From Chiloscyllium plagiosum (taxonomy: Eukaryota), in contig NC_057720.1 in assembly GCF_004010195.1 (NCBI RefSeq), forward strand, positions 26,610,890-26,674,889: DNA of 64,000 bases. Direction: 5' to 3'. The position numbers were made by a program, and so were the translations under genes. The first letter of the stretch is position 1, and every line of letters begins with the position of its first letter. Under the pieces are notes generated by a model, which was given only the letters and a program-made list of their open reading frames with translations, was not told the DNA's origin and ran no database searches. This document shows, piece by piece, positions 24,981 to 37,103 of this stretch.

Positions 24981-26148
24981 CGTCCCAACAACATCAAGAA
25001 GCCTGACATTACCCAGAACAAAGCAGCCTGTTTGATTAGCACCACACTTATCCCCTTCACCACTGACACTCAGTGGCAGCATCTGCACTGCAGAAATTCC
25101 CCAAAGATCCTTAGGCAGCATCTCCTAAACTCTGACCACTTGTATCAAGAAGAACAAAGGCAATAATTACAAGGAAATGCCACCCAGCTGCAAGTTCCTT
25201 TCGAAGCCACTCACCATCCTGACTTGGAAATATTAGAATTAGAATTAGAGTCTATTGTCACGTGTAATCAAGTGTGGCGATGCAGGAGTACAGTGAAAGG
25301 TGTACCATCTCTATTCCCAGCACAAAGGTACCTAGGCACAAAATCTTAGGTACAACGTAGAAAAATAAAGAAACAAAGTTAAAAGTTCAACAATCTTTCA
25401 TAAGTGCTTAGCTATGATGAGCTTGCACTCCCTACAAGGTCTTGATCTCCACCGCTTTGACCCACTGTCCAGAAGGCCCCGGGATGTCTTCTCTTGCCGC
25501 TGCTCTAGATGCCAGGGGACCTCACTTACATCCACGTTGGGCTCGGTCTTCACGAATTGGGCTCGATCTCCGACTGTCAATTTCCCGATCTAGCCTCCCA
25601 GCTGCTGCCGCACTCACAATGAAGCTGTGATGCTGTCACCGCTGGTGCGTCCATGACTGAGATCTATCCAGAAGGTAAGTTCAATCTCCCCTACGTTCAC
25701 AACAGCTGCAAATACCGGGAGACGTTTCACATTGCTCTCCCCACGATGGTTCGATCTCTCACGCGCTGGGCTCACTCTCCTATATGCTGATCTCCTCCAT
25801 GCAGCACAAACTCACTCTCCACAGAAGGTAAGCACTTTAATGTAAGAAAAGAAAACAGTAAAACAAGAAAAAGGGAGTAAAATCGAACAGAGTAAATGGG
25901 CTCTAGGCAGGAGCCCTTATGCAGCACTGCTACTCGGCCGCCATATTGAATCTGTCTATCGCTGCTCCATCACTGCTGCTGGGTCAAAATCCTGGAATTC
26001 CCTCCCTGATAGCTTTGTGGAGTAATCTGCAGCAGGTTGATTGTGACAGTTCAGAAAGGCAGCTCACCACCACCTTCTCAAGGGCGACTAGGGATGGGCA
26101 ATATGTGCTGGCTAGCCAGCGATGCCGACATCCCATAATTAAATTTAA
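24981..26148 (+). mobile_element. CR1-group LINE 3' fragment split by an insertion at 25233-25950
   Basis: 'ctgacttggaaata' (25232) resumes as 'tatcgctgctccatcactg' (~25957), as in 22500-22540. Confidence 0.75.
25233..25950 (-). mobile_element. Non-autonomous retroposon with (TTCTAA)n tail
   Basis: Minus strand begins 'aatatggcggccgag' and ends 'cacgtgacaatagactctaattctaattctaat'. Confidence 0.6.
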
Positions 26149-27091
26149 AGAAAGCCAAGAACTGCAGATGCGGGATCTGAAACAAATAAAAGCCAGAAAT
26201 TGCTGGAAAAACTCAGCAGGTCTGTCAAGGTCTGTACTTGAAAACAGTGAGTAGTTTAAGGTATGGGTTGCACTGCTGGGAAATGAGATGGAACCAGGCT
26301 GATTTTATTATGGTGCACTTTTCTGAACAAAGATTATCTAAATATGCAATTCCTTTGCAACCTTTCTTCAATTTACCCTTCCTGGTCATCATCTCTTCAT
26401 ATGCCTTACCTTTCCAAAAGCTTTTTTTTTGGCAGGTGTCCTCATTTTAAAATACTCATTGGATGATCTACAAAAATATTCCTACCGACCTTGATGAATC
26501 AACCGAAATTATGATCAGCATAACACCAATTGCATCAGTGCAAATAACATATGTTTGCAAACAGATATCAACAAAATCAATGTACCATGAGCCACAGCTG
26601 AGCAGTAGAACAGGTTCCTCACAACACTATTTAATAATGGAATAGCATAATGTGTAGGATTGTGAGCCTGCACCTCTTCTGGGTTATTTGGGGCAGACTT
26701 GTTCGCAGCTCCTGTATCTCCATGGAAGGAACTGTGGGGCACAGCATACAGTAGGCTCTTATTGGTCCATGTCTGCTGATGTGTGTAATTGTTCTGACTC
26801 CATGAGTGTGCATATCTTTTTAGCATAGTCAACAATATTACTTTTAGAAGCAGTTTCATTGGCTGCTGTCTGGATTTTGAAGCCCAATACCTTAAGGGGC
26901 CATAAAATTCCAGTACAATCCATTGGTTAGCACAATCATCAGCCTCATATCAAATATGCCCTTTGAAGATTTTAAAGTGGCATCGAGTTGTGTCTTGTAT
27001 ATTTAATGGTAAAGGGGCTTGATTCATTGAAGGTTGTCCAGGGAATAGTTTTACTGTGTAACTTATCTGGAAATGTCTGCTTGCAAATGAT

Positions 27092-27275
27092 GGTGAAAGT
27101 GAGGACTGCAGATGCTGGAGATTAGAGTTGAGAGTGTGGTGCTGGAAAAGCACAGCAGGTCAGGCAGCATCCATGGAACAGGAGAAATGATGAAGGACTT
27201 TTGCCCAAAAATTTGATTCTCCTGCTCCTCAGATGCTGCCTGACATGCTGTTTTTTTCCAGTACCACACTCCGGA
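27092..27275 (-). mobile_element. Fold-back Penelope-like element, 15-bp TSD
   Basis: TSD ctgcttgcaaatgat (27077-27091) / ctgcttgtaaatgat (27276-27290); degenerate core 'tgatgaaggacttttgcccaaaa'. Confidence 0.85.
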
Positions 27276-27366
27276 CTGCTTGTAAATGATATCTGTTTAT
27301 CCAGGTTTTACCATAATTCATTGCTGATTACCCTTTTTTTTGCCATATATCTACATAAAATCCCTG

Positions 27367-27586
27367 TGAAATAACTCAACTAAGGCTGCCATCCCATCAC
27401 CAAGTTTCACACATGCATAATACTAACCCGGCTAGCTCAGAGCCGGCCCTTAGAGTAAGCGGAACCTCTGACATTCCTGTTCTTACCTGTTAGCCAGGTC
27501 TCCCTGATTGGACCAGGTTATTAGCCCCAATCAGGGAACTCATATTCTATGAGATCCACCTGGCTGATCTTGTTCCAATCACTACA
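27367..27586 (-). mobile_element. Probable short solo LTR
   Basis: Minus strand TGTAGTGA...TATTTCA ends, internal inverted CCAAT pair; no clean TSD. Confidence 0.5.
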
Positions 27587-28344
27587 TTTGGTTTGCCTCT
27601 TTTGATATATCAGTCTCATGTCTTTATTTAATCATTGGGTGTTCTTTTATTTTAGATTTTACTAGTCCTTTTGACCTAAGATACTTCCTTTATAAGAAAT
27701 TTGTTTATGTCTCAGCTGACCTTTTTGTAGATTTCTTTGTAGTTCTTCCATTCCCTTGTTTTTCCTACTCCCCCAGGAGCTCCATGCTGTGTCAAGTCTT
27801 TTCTCAGAATTTAGCCTGTTTAAATTATAGTCTAATTCAATACTATCTTGTCAACCTTGTTCCTCAGCATAAAATGTAAGAGTGTGTAACATCCCTCCAG
27901 ATTATGGATGATCTCTGAAGTTCCAGTCAAGGGAAGACCTGAAGTTAAATTTTTAACTTGAATCATTAACATCTGTGTTGAATAAAAGGAAAAAAGACAT
28001 TAGCAAATATTAAGCTTTTAATCAAAGTTGTGCCTTTCTTCCTGAATCTAGTGGAGTTTGTGTTGTGTTAATGTATCATAAAGGTCAGAAAATAGTGCAG
28101 TAAATATCTGATTGATGGATACTGATGTATTTGTTAAAATCTATTATCGAAGTAACATAAAAGATTCAACTGGGGGTAAAAGTCTTCTGAAAGTAAATGC
28201 TTTGTGAAAATAACTATATTTTAAAAAGCAGAAATGAACCTATCCAAAATTTTGGAAGCAGTCGGGTACAAAATCAGATAGCTTACAAAATTTGATATAG
28301 AGCTCATAATGCATATTTAACTGAAACTCTCTCAAGATAAGAAT

Positions 28345-28618
28345 GGCCAACATTTATTGCCTAGAGGACAGTTAAGAGTCAACTGCATTGCCGTGGAACA
28401 ACGTGTTAGCCAGAGCAGATAAGGAAAGCAGATTTCCTTTCATAAAGGATATTAGGTTTTTTTATACCAATGGTTATACAATAAATTTTAATTCTAGATT
28501 TCTATTAGATTTCCACCATCAGTGATTATGCAATTTGAAACCAAGTCCCCAGAAGCTTAGAACCCAATGTTTTGAATTCATAGCCCAGTGATATTACCAC
28601 TACACCACCGCCTTCCCC
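28345..28618 (-). mobile_element. SINE family B
   Basis: 'catttattgcc...gttaagagtcaac...cagatttcct...ccagtgatattaccactacaccaccgcc'. Confidence 0.65.
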
Positions 28619-28719
28619 TCCTCCAGAAGATGGATTTTATTTGTGACTCCTGACCTTGTGGGTTACATTGGCTGCAAAGATGTAAACATAATAATGTGAC
28701 ATGACTCCTTAGAGAATAA

Positions 28720-29980
28720 GACTGGGAAACAATAATGAAGACCCAGGAAATGGTAGCAGAGTTGAATAAATACTTTACATCTGTCTTGACAGCAGAAAAT
28801 ACAAACAACATTCCAAAACTACTAAATAATCAAGGGGCAAAAGGAGGAGAGGAAAGAAATACAAAAATGATCTATTGAGAAAAAGTGCGAGGGAAACTAT
28901 AGGGACTGAAGTTCAATAGATCAGCTGGACGTGATGGGATGCCTCCTAAAATATCAAATGATTTTAGTTACGGAGATAGTGTGGTAACCTTCCAAGAATT
29001 CTTAAATTCTGGAAAATGTCCCTGAGGATTTGGAAACTGCCAAATGTAACCTTTTCATTTAAAAAGGGAAGAAAGCAAAAAAGAAATCTATAGGCCAATT
29101 AGTTTAACATTGGCTCTTGGGAAAATGTTAGAGTTTATTATAGAGGATATAATAGCAGAGGATTTAGAAATACATATGATCAAGAAGAGTCAGTATGGCC
29201 AAACAAAGGTGAAAAATTATTAGAATTATTTGAGAAGGAGCAAGAGGAGACAGTGGAGGTGCGTACAATTACAAAATTGTAAAGGCATTTGGATGGGTAT
29301 ATGATAGGAAGGATAAAGAGGGATATGGGCCAAATGCTGGCAAATGGGATATCTCATCAGCACAGATAAATTGTACTGAATGGTCTGTTTCTGTGCTGTA
29401 CAACTCTATGATTCTATGACTGTAGGTATCAAGCAAGATAAGATGATGGAGAAGCAGTGGAATTAAAGCAATTGGACTTACAGAAAATACTTGAAAGGCA
29501 CCACACATTAGGCTACTTAAGATAAGAGCCTATGGAGTTGGAGATAGTGTTTCCCATGGCCCTAAGATATTTGCTAATTTATGGAAGACAAGAAATTTGG
29601 GATCTGAGGGGGCATTTTCAGGATGGCTATTCTGTGACTAAAGGCAACTTTATTGGAACAAACAAGAGTAATGGGGACTTGACAGGGTAGATGTGAAAAG
29701 GCTGTTACCCCTTGTGAGAGAGTGTGGGACCTGAGTTCATAATCTCAGAGTAAGGGATCACCCATTTAAGATAAAGGTGAGGAGGAAATTCTTCTCTCAG
29801 AGGGTAGTGAATCTATGGAATTCTTTACTGGAGAGGACTGTAGAGGCTGTGCCATTTTCAAGGCTGAGAGAGACAGATTTTTAATTAGTAAGGGAATTCG
29901 GATAATGGGGAAAAGGTAGGAGAGTGACAGTGGCAGAGCTGAATTTTCTCCTTCTGCTCCTGCATCTTATGGACTTATAG
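28720..29980 (+). mobile_element. Mosaic of degenerate CR1 ORF2 fragments with a nested HER1 3' end (~29255-29420)
   Basis: 'EMVAELNKYF', 'EDLETA..', 'YRPISLT' remnants; 'ctctatgattctatga' tail. Confidence 0.75.
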
Positions 29981-30315
29981 TCTAATGCTAGGATGCAAAA
30001 CAGGGAGCTGTGTTGTGAGATCACATGCTTTACAATAGCTTCTGGTTGGAAAGAACAGGTTCAATGGGATCAAAGGCTTGTGGATACTTTGGCCCAATGA
30101 GCTAAACCCCATCCATCAAAACCAATGCCACAGCTTTTTAAAATTTGCACAATAAATTTTCTAGCAGATTCCTAACATGTTGAAATCAAGGTAAACTATG
30201 TTTGTTCATTTTACAGTCGAAAATACAATGGATTTGCTACCTTCTTCGATTGCTTCCTCGTCTTACATTTCTCAAAGCCTCACATAGTATTACATTGTAC
30301 TATTTTCAAATTTAC

Positions 30316-30371
30316 CTCTTCTCTTTTATGCTTTTTAACCTTGGTAGAATCCTGCACTATTGGTTTTGACC
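30316..30371 (-). CDS. Candidate 56-nt exon, xSKPIVQDSTKVKKHKREE; protein not identified
   Basis: Acceptor 'ttttaattgtgattttttgatgtag|', donor 'GAG|gtaaat', purine-rich open frame in unique DNA. Confidence 0.3.
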
Positions 30372-31162
30372 CTACATCAAAAAATCACAATTAAAAGTAG
30401 AAGGAACAGCACAGAGCTGACATTGTGTTTATTCAGTGTCATGAAAGGCATTGACCTCAATCATAGAAAATCAATCCCTCAGGGAAAGGTTTGCCAGATC
30501 TGCAATGTGTACTAACTACTTCATATACTTCACATACATATCTCAAGGACTTCTCCAATAGAATAGGGAATACATTATACTTTGAATCCTGATAATACGC
30601 TGGTATGCAAGGTGACATATAACATCCCAAGTTTTACTGTCCATTCAGGCAGTTTATGTAATAATGCAAACTTCATATTTCCATTAATTGACCTTTCCTG
30701 TTGAATCCATGTGCACTTTTATGAAAGACTATTAAAAATTCCTTCAGATTAGTTATTCATGTTTCTGATTCAGAACCTGAATATTGGTCAGAGCTAATCC
30801 TTCTATGGGATGTGTTACAGAGCTGGTAAGCTGGAACAATGGTCTGAAGATGTGAATTTAAATCTCACCACAGCAGCAGGAAAATTTAAATTCAGATAAT
30901 TAAATGAATCTGGGATAGAAAGCGAGCGAAAGCAGTCTTGACCATCTTTCAAGTGGTAACATTTATCACTGGCAGTTTTAGTTAGTGTTCCAGTGAGTAC
31001 AGAGGTGACTACTAAAACTGACAAATTCTACTGTAGGTAAGAGAAGATACTGCAGACAGCTGAGGTTAGGATGAGTTTCAGCTCAGATTTCCTCTCCATG
31101 TTTTTGCCTTGCTTCTGATACGCACTTAATTCCAAAGCGACTGTACTACATTTTATTTAGGT

Positions 31163-31750
31163 AGGGAGGCGATGGCCCAGTGATATTATCATTAGACTAT
31201 TAATCCCAGAGTCTGGATCAATGGTGCTGGAAGAGCACAGCAGTTCAGGCAGCATCCGAGGAGCTTCAGCAAAATCGACGTTTCGGGCAAAAGCCCCTGA
31301 TGAAGGGCTTTTGCCCGAAATGTCGATTTTGCTGAAGCTCCTCGGATGCTGCCTGAACTGCTGTGCTCTTCCAGCACCATTGATCCAGAATCTGGTTTCC
31401 AGCATCTGCAGTCATTGTTTTTACCTTATTAAACCCAGAGACCCAGTTAATGTTTTGAGAATCCAGGTTTGAATTCCACTGCAGTAAATGATGGAATTTG
31501 AATTCAATAAAAATCTGGAATTAAGAATCTAATGATGACCACAAATCTCTTGTCGATTGTAGGTAAAAACCCATCTGGTCCACTAATGTCCTTCTAAAGG
31601 AAGGAAATCTGCCAACCTTACCTGGCCTGGCCTATTTGTGACTCCAGACCCACAGCAATGTACCTGACTCTCAATTGCCCTTTGGGCAATTTTGGATGGG
31701 CAATAAATTCTGGCTTGGCCTGCAACGTCCTCACCCCATGAATGAATTTT
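31163..31750 (+). mobile_element. SINE family B (near full length) interrupted by a PLE palindrome
   Basis: tRNA-like head 'tggcccagtgatatta...ggtttgaattcc'; tail 'atgggcaataaattctggc...cccatgaatgaat'. Confidence 0.8.
31212..31426 (+). mobile_element. Fold-back Penelope-like element with hammerhead motif, 14-bp TSD
   Basis: TSD tattaatcccagag (31198-31211) / tattaaacccagag (31427-31440); core CTGATGA-A-GGGC-TTTT-GCCC-GAAA-TGTC at 31297-31324. Confidence 0.92.
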
Positions 31751-32355
31751 TAAAAAACTGTGTGAAGCAATTTTGGAATAAAAACAGAAAGTGTAGGAGA
31801 AACTCAGTATGTCTGGCAGCATCTGTAGAGAAGGAAACAGAATTATTATTTCAAGTCCATGTGGAAAGGTGTTTTTCAGATTTACAGCATCCACAGTATT
31901 TTGCTTTTATTTGCAAAAATCTTACACAACCTTTCTCTGGACGCAAAATTGATATCGAAACTTCTAACTTAAACTACTTTGAAGTGTCCTCGTAGTGCTT
32001 CCTTTGAGCATGATGAGACCACAGTCTAGACTCAAAATCTCCATAGCAGATCCACTATGGTACCTGAATACTGGATATTTTGGCAACATGACCAGCTCAT
32101 CTCAGGTGTGATTACAAATGGTATGGATCCTTGTCAAGTTAGTAAGTGTGCCTGATAGATTCTCCTCTGTGTGATCTTCAGAAGCTCCTAAAATCAATGT
32201 AAGTGCTTGATCTTTTTGACATGACATTGGCACACAGTCTAAGCATTAAGCAGTGTAGGCTGGTGTAACTGCGGAAGATGGGCTGTTCCATGTAACCGTG
32301 TGGGTGCCAAGGCTACCCCTTTTGTCTAGAGGAAGTGGGAGGATTCAAAGGAGAA

Positions 32356-33156
32356 GTTATTGAGGGTGAGGTGGAACAGTCCATCTTCCGCAGTTACACA
32401 GGCACCATTTCCCACCTTTTCCTCCGCTATATCGATGACTGTATCGACACCAACTTGTGCTCCCACTACGAGGTTGAACAGTTCATCAACTTCACTGACA
32501 TATTCTACCCTGACCTTTAATTCACCTGGACCATCTCAGACACCTCCCTCCCCTTCCTGGACCTCTCCATCTCCATCTCCAGCGACCAACTAAACACAGA
32601 CATCTATTACAAACCACTGACTCCCACAGCTACCTGGACTTCACCTCCTCCTACCCTGTCACTTGTACAACATTATCCCTTATTCCCAATTCATCTGCCT
32701 CCACCGCATCTGCTCCCAGGAGGATCAATTCCACCACAGAACACACCAGATGGCCTCCTTCTTCAAAGACTGCAATTTCTCCTCTCACGTGGTTGAAGAT
32801 GCCCTCCAGCGCATCTCGTCAACTTCCCGCACCTCCACCCTCGAACCCCACAACCTCCAACTGCAACAAGGTCCTCACCTTCCAACCCTCCAACCTCTGT
32901 GTACATCGCATCATCCTCCGTCATTTCCCCACCACCAGAGATATATTCCCCACCCCACCCTTATCCACATTTCATAAAGACCATTCACTCCATGACTCTC
33001 TTGTCAGGTCCACACACCCCATCAACTCAGCCTCCCCTCCTGGGACCTTCCCTTGTCACCGCAGGAATTGCAAAACCTGCAACAACACCTGCCCCTTCAC
33101 CTCCGTCCAAGGCCCCAAAGAAGCCTTCCACATTCATCAGAGTTTTACCTGCACTT
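32356..33156 (+). mobile_element. Penelope-like element RT/linker remnant (left part)
   Basis: 'VEQSIFRSY...LFLRYIDDCI...FTWTISDTSLPFLD...YYKPTDSHSYL', 'PGTFPCHRRNCKTC'. Confidence 0.88.
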
Positions 33157-33159
33157 AAT

Positions 33160-34945
33160 AGACAATAGGTGCAGGAGTAGGCCATTCTGCCCTTTGAGCC
33201 TGCACCACCATTCAATATGATTATCGCTGATCATCCTTAATCAGTGTCCTGTTCCGGCCTTATCTCCATAACCCTTGATTCCACTATCCTTGAGAGCTCT
33301 ATCCAACTCTTTCTTTCTTCAATCCAGAGACTGGGCCACCATTACCCTCTGGGGCAGAGCATTCCACACAGCCACCACTTTCTGTCCTAAATGGTTTACC
33401 CCATAGTTTTAAGCTGTGTCCTCTGGTTCGGCACTCACCCATCATCGGAAACATGTTTCCTGCCTCCAGAGTGTCCAATCCTTTAATAATCTTATCTGTC
33501 TCATTCAGATCCCCTCTCAGTCTTCTAAACTCAAGGTTATACAAGCCCAGTCGCTCCAGACTATCAGTGTAAGGCAGTCCTGCCATTTCAGGAATTGACC
33601 TCGTGAACCTGTGCTGCACTCCCTCAATAGCCAGAATGTCTTTCCTCAAAGTTGGAGACTAGAACTGCACACAATACTCCAGGTGTGGTCTCACCAGGGC
33701 CCTGTACAGCTGTAGAAGAACCTCTTTGCTTCTATACTCAATCCCTCTTGTTATGAAGGCCAGCATGCTATTAGCCTTCTTCACTACCTTCTGTACCTGC
33801 ATGCTTACCTTCATTAACTGGTGTACAAGAACACCCAGATCTCTCTGTCCTGCCCCTTTACCTAAATTGATTCCATTTAGGCTGTAATCTGCCTTTCTGT
33901 TCTTGCCACTAAAGTGGATAACCATACATTTATCCATATTAAACTGCATCTGCCATGCATCTGACCACTCACCTAACCTGTCCAGGTCACCCTGTAATCT
34001 CCTAACATCCTCCTCACATTTCACCCTGCCACCCAGCTTAGTATCATCAGCAAATTTGCTAATGTTATTACTCATACCATCTTCTATATCATTAATATAT
34101 ATTGTAAAAAGCTGCGGTCCCAGCACGGATCCCTGCGGTACCCCACTGGTCACTGCCATTCCGAAATGGAGCCGTTTATCACTACTCTTTGTTTCCTGTC
34201 AGCCAACCAACTCTCAATCCAAGTTAGTACTTTGCCCCCAATACCATGTGCCCTAACTTTGCTCACTAACCTCCTATGTGGGACTTTATCAAAAGCTTTC
34301 TGAAAGTCCAGGTACACTACATCTACTGGATCTCCCTTGTCCATCTTCAGAGTTTCTTAAAAAGTGGTACAACATTAGCCACCCTCCAATCCGCAGGAAC
34401 TGATCCCGAATCTATTGAACTCTGGAAAATAAACACCAACGCATTCATGATTTCTCGAGCCACCTCCTTCAGTGCCCTGGGATGTCGACCATCAGGCCCC
34501 GGGGACTTATCAACCTTCAGACCTAACAGTCTCTCCAACACCAATTCCTGGCAAATATAAATTCCCTTCAGTTCAGGTCCTTCAGCCACTGTTACCTCAG
34601 GGAGATTGCTTGTGTCTTCCCCAGTGAACATAGATCTGAAGTACCAATTCAATTCTTCTGCCATTTCTTTGTTCCCCGTAATATATTCCCCTGTTTCTGT
34701 CTTCAAGGACCCAATTTTAGTCTTAACCTTTTTTTTGCCTTTTACATACCTAAAAAAGCTTTTACTATCCTCCTTTATATTTTTGGCCACTTTACCTTCG
34801 TACCTCATTTTTTCTCTGTGTATTTCCTTCTTAGTAATCCTCTGTTGTTCTTTAAAAGCTTCCCAGTCCTCCGTTTTCCCACTTATCTTTGCTATGTTAT
34901 ACTTTTTCTCTTTTAACTTTATATGTTTCTTAACTTTATATGTTT
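33160..34945 (-). mobile_element. CR1 LINE ORF2 (reverse transcriptase) fragment with frameshifts and an internal deletion
   Basis: 'KSPGPDG','VYLDFQKAFDKVPH','SGVPQGSVLGPQLFTIYIND','SKFADDTKL','LVRPHLEYCVQF'. Confidence 0.95.
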
Positions 34946-34954
34946 CTTATATGT

Positions 34955-35398
34955 TTCTTCATCGCCATACTCTCACCACCCAACACCTGGAGGAAGAACG
35001 CCTCATCTTACGTCTTGGAACCCTCCTACCACAAGGCATCAATGTGGATTTCACCAGCTTCCTCATTTCCCATCCCCTACCTTAAGCCAGTTCCAAATTT
35101 ACAACTTGGCACTGCCCTCATGACCTGTCCTACCTGTCCATCTTCCTTCCCACCTATCCACTCCACCCTCCTCTCTGACTTATCACCATTACCCCCACCT
35201 CCACCTACTTATTGCACTTTCAGCTACCTTCTCCCCAGTACACCCCAATTCCATTTATCTCTCCACTCCCATGGCTCACAGGCCTCATTCTTGAGGAAAT
35301 GTCATGACCAAAATGTTGATCCTTCTGCTCCTTGGATGCTACCTGACCGACTGTGCTTTTCCAACACCCCACTCTTGACTCTGATCTCCAGCATCTGC
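34955..35398 (+). mobile_element. Penelope-like element 3' end (right part of 32356-33156)
   Basis: 'LEEERLILRLGTLLPQGINVDF' followed by a terminal repeat with a degenerate hammerhead at ~35290. Confidence 0.85.
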
Positions 35399-35929
35399 TT
35401 TCTTCCTGTAATGTTTATATGGTTAGTCCAGTCTTTCTAGTCAATGGTAAGAACCGGAGTTTGGTGGTTGGGGTGGCAGAAAATTCAGCACTGATAATGT
35501 CAAGTGGAGATGGTTCGATTCTCTCATTGGAGATGATCATTGCATATAATATATGTGATACATCTGTTGCTTGCCAGTTATCAGGTCAAATGTTGACCCG
35601 ATCTTCCATTCTCTCACCAATTTTTGCAAACAACATGTTCCCTCACTCTACACAATTATTTGCACTTGCAAAAATTACAATGATCAGCTTAAAGCTTTGT
35701 CCTCAACTCCCATGAATCTACGTGGAAATATTGCCCACCTCTCCTGCATCAACTTCTAAGGTGATTATAACCCTCAAGCTGAAATATTGGGCCAACTCCG
35801 CATGTATAACCCTCAACATGCATTTATTAGCTAAATATGGTAGGCTGGTGGTATGGCTTGAATTATTTGTCAAGTTTAGGTTTAAACATACATTTTGGTG
35901 CCGAAGAAATTGAATTGTCTTATATATTG

Positions 35930-36052
35930 TGTTGAAAATGTGTTGCTGGAAAAGCGCAGCAGGTCAGGCAGCATCCAAGGAACAGGAGAATCGACGTTTC
36001 AGGCATAAGCCCTTCTTCAAGAATGAGAAAAGTGTGTCCAGCAGGCTAAGAT
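35930..36052 (-). mobile_element. Penelope-like terminal repeat arm
   Basis: 'gaaaatgtgttgctggaaaagcgcagc...gacgtttcaggcataagcccttcttcaag'. Confidence 0.8.
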
Positions 36053-36054
36053 GA

Positions 36055-36495
36055 AACAACTCTCATTGTTCTGAACTCCAGTGGGTAGAGTCCCAACATG
36101 TTTAGGTTTTACTTCTATGACAATCCCTCCATACCAGGGATCTTCCTGGTAAACCTTCACTGAACTGCCTCCAATAGAATGATATTTTTCCTTAAATATG
36201 GAGACCAAAACTGCTCAGAGTACTGCAGATGTGGTCCCACCAATGCCTTGTACAGTTTCAGCAGGATTTCCATGAATTTATATTCCAACCCCCTTGAAAT
36301 AAGGACCAACATCCCATTACCTAATCTTCCTAATTACATGCAAGCCATCGTATGCCAGCTTTCTGTGTTTTGTGCAAAAGTTTTCCAAAGTCCCTGTGTG
36401 TTGCAGCTTTCTGCAGTTTCTCTCCATTTAAATAATACTCTCTGCTTCTGTTCTCCCTTCCAAAATGAACAACTTCACATTTTCCCACAGTATAC
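36055..36495 (-). mobile_element. CR1 ORF2 fragment
   Basis: 'GKCEVVHFGRENR..YYLNGEKLQ'. Confidence 0.75.
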
Positions 36496-36816
36496 TGTTC
36501 TGACACAGCAATGAACACCTCTGTCAATTAAATCAAACTTCCAGAAAAGCTCACCTCATCTCGTAACCTGTTAAAATGTAAGTGACAGAGAACTCCAAAA
36601 TTCCACTATTTAAAGAAAATAATATCAATTTATTCTTTAACACTAAAAGTGAACATTAAATGACCACTATTCACAACTTGAAGCACCCCTTTCTCTTAAT
36701 TGCTTATTATCTGCCTCCAAATTTTAACAATATACTATTCCAATAAAACACTTATTAAAATTAAATCAACTTAATTTCAAAACCATACAGCAGCTGTTGT
36801 CTTCAGTGTCTTTCTT

Positions 36817-37103
36817 AGAGTCATAGTCATAGAGATGTACAGCATGGAAACAGACCCTTCGGTCCAACCCGTCCATGCCGACCAGATATCCCAACCCAAT
36901 CTAGTCCCACCTGCCAGTACCCGGCCCAAACCCTATCTATTCATATATCCATCCAAATGCCTTTTAAATGTTGCAATTGTACCAGCCTCCACTATTTCCT
37001 CTGGAAGCTCATTCCATACACGTACCACCCTCAGCATGAAAAAGTTGCCCCTTAGGTCTTTTTTATATCTTTCCCCTCTCACCCTAAACCTATGCTCTCT
37101 ATT
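36817..37103 (-). mobile_element. HER1/CR1 3' end nested in the Gypsy element
   Basis: 'VVRVWNELPEEIVEAGTIATFKRHLDGYMNR' and ctatga tail. Confidence 0.88.

Noticed and set aside
24581..25166. Long overlapping ORFs (HPPI/GWMD repeats)
   Set aside because: Stop-free translations of a tetranucleotide microsatellite
31157..31472. Mirror-image ORFs 'MVLEEHSSSGSIRGA...' on both strands
   Set aside because: Consequence of the palindromic PLE repeat; the same pseudo-peptides recur at every copy
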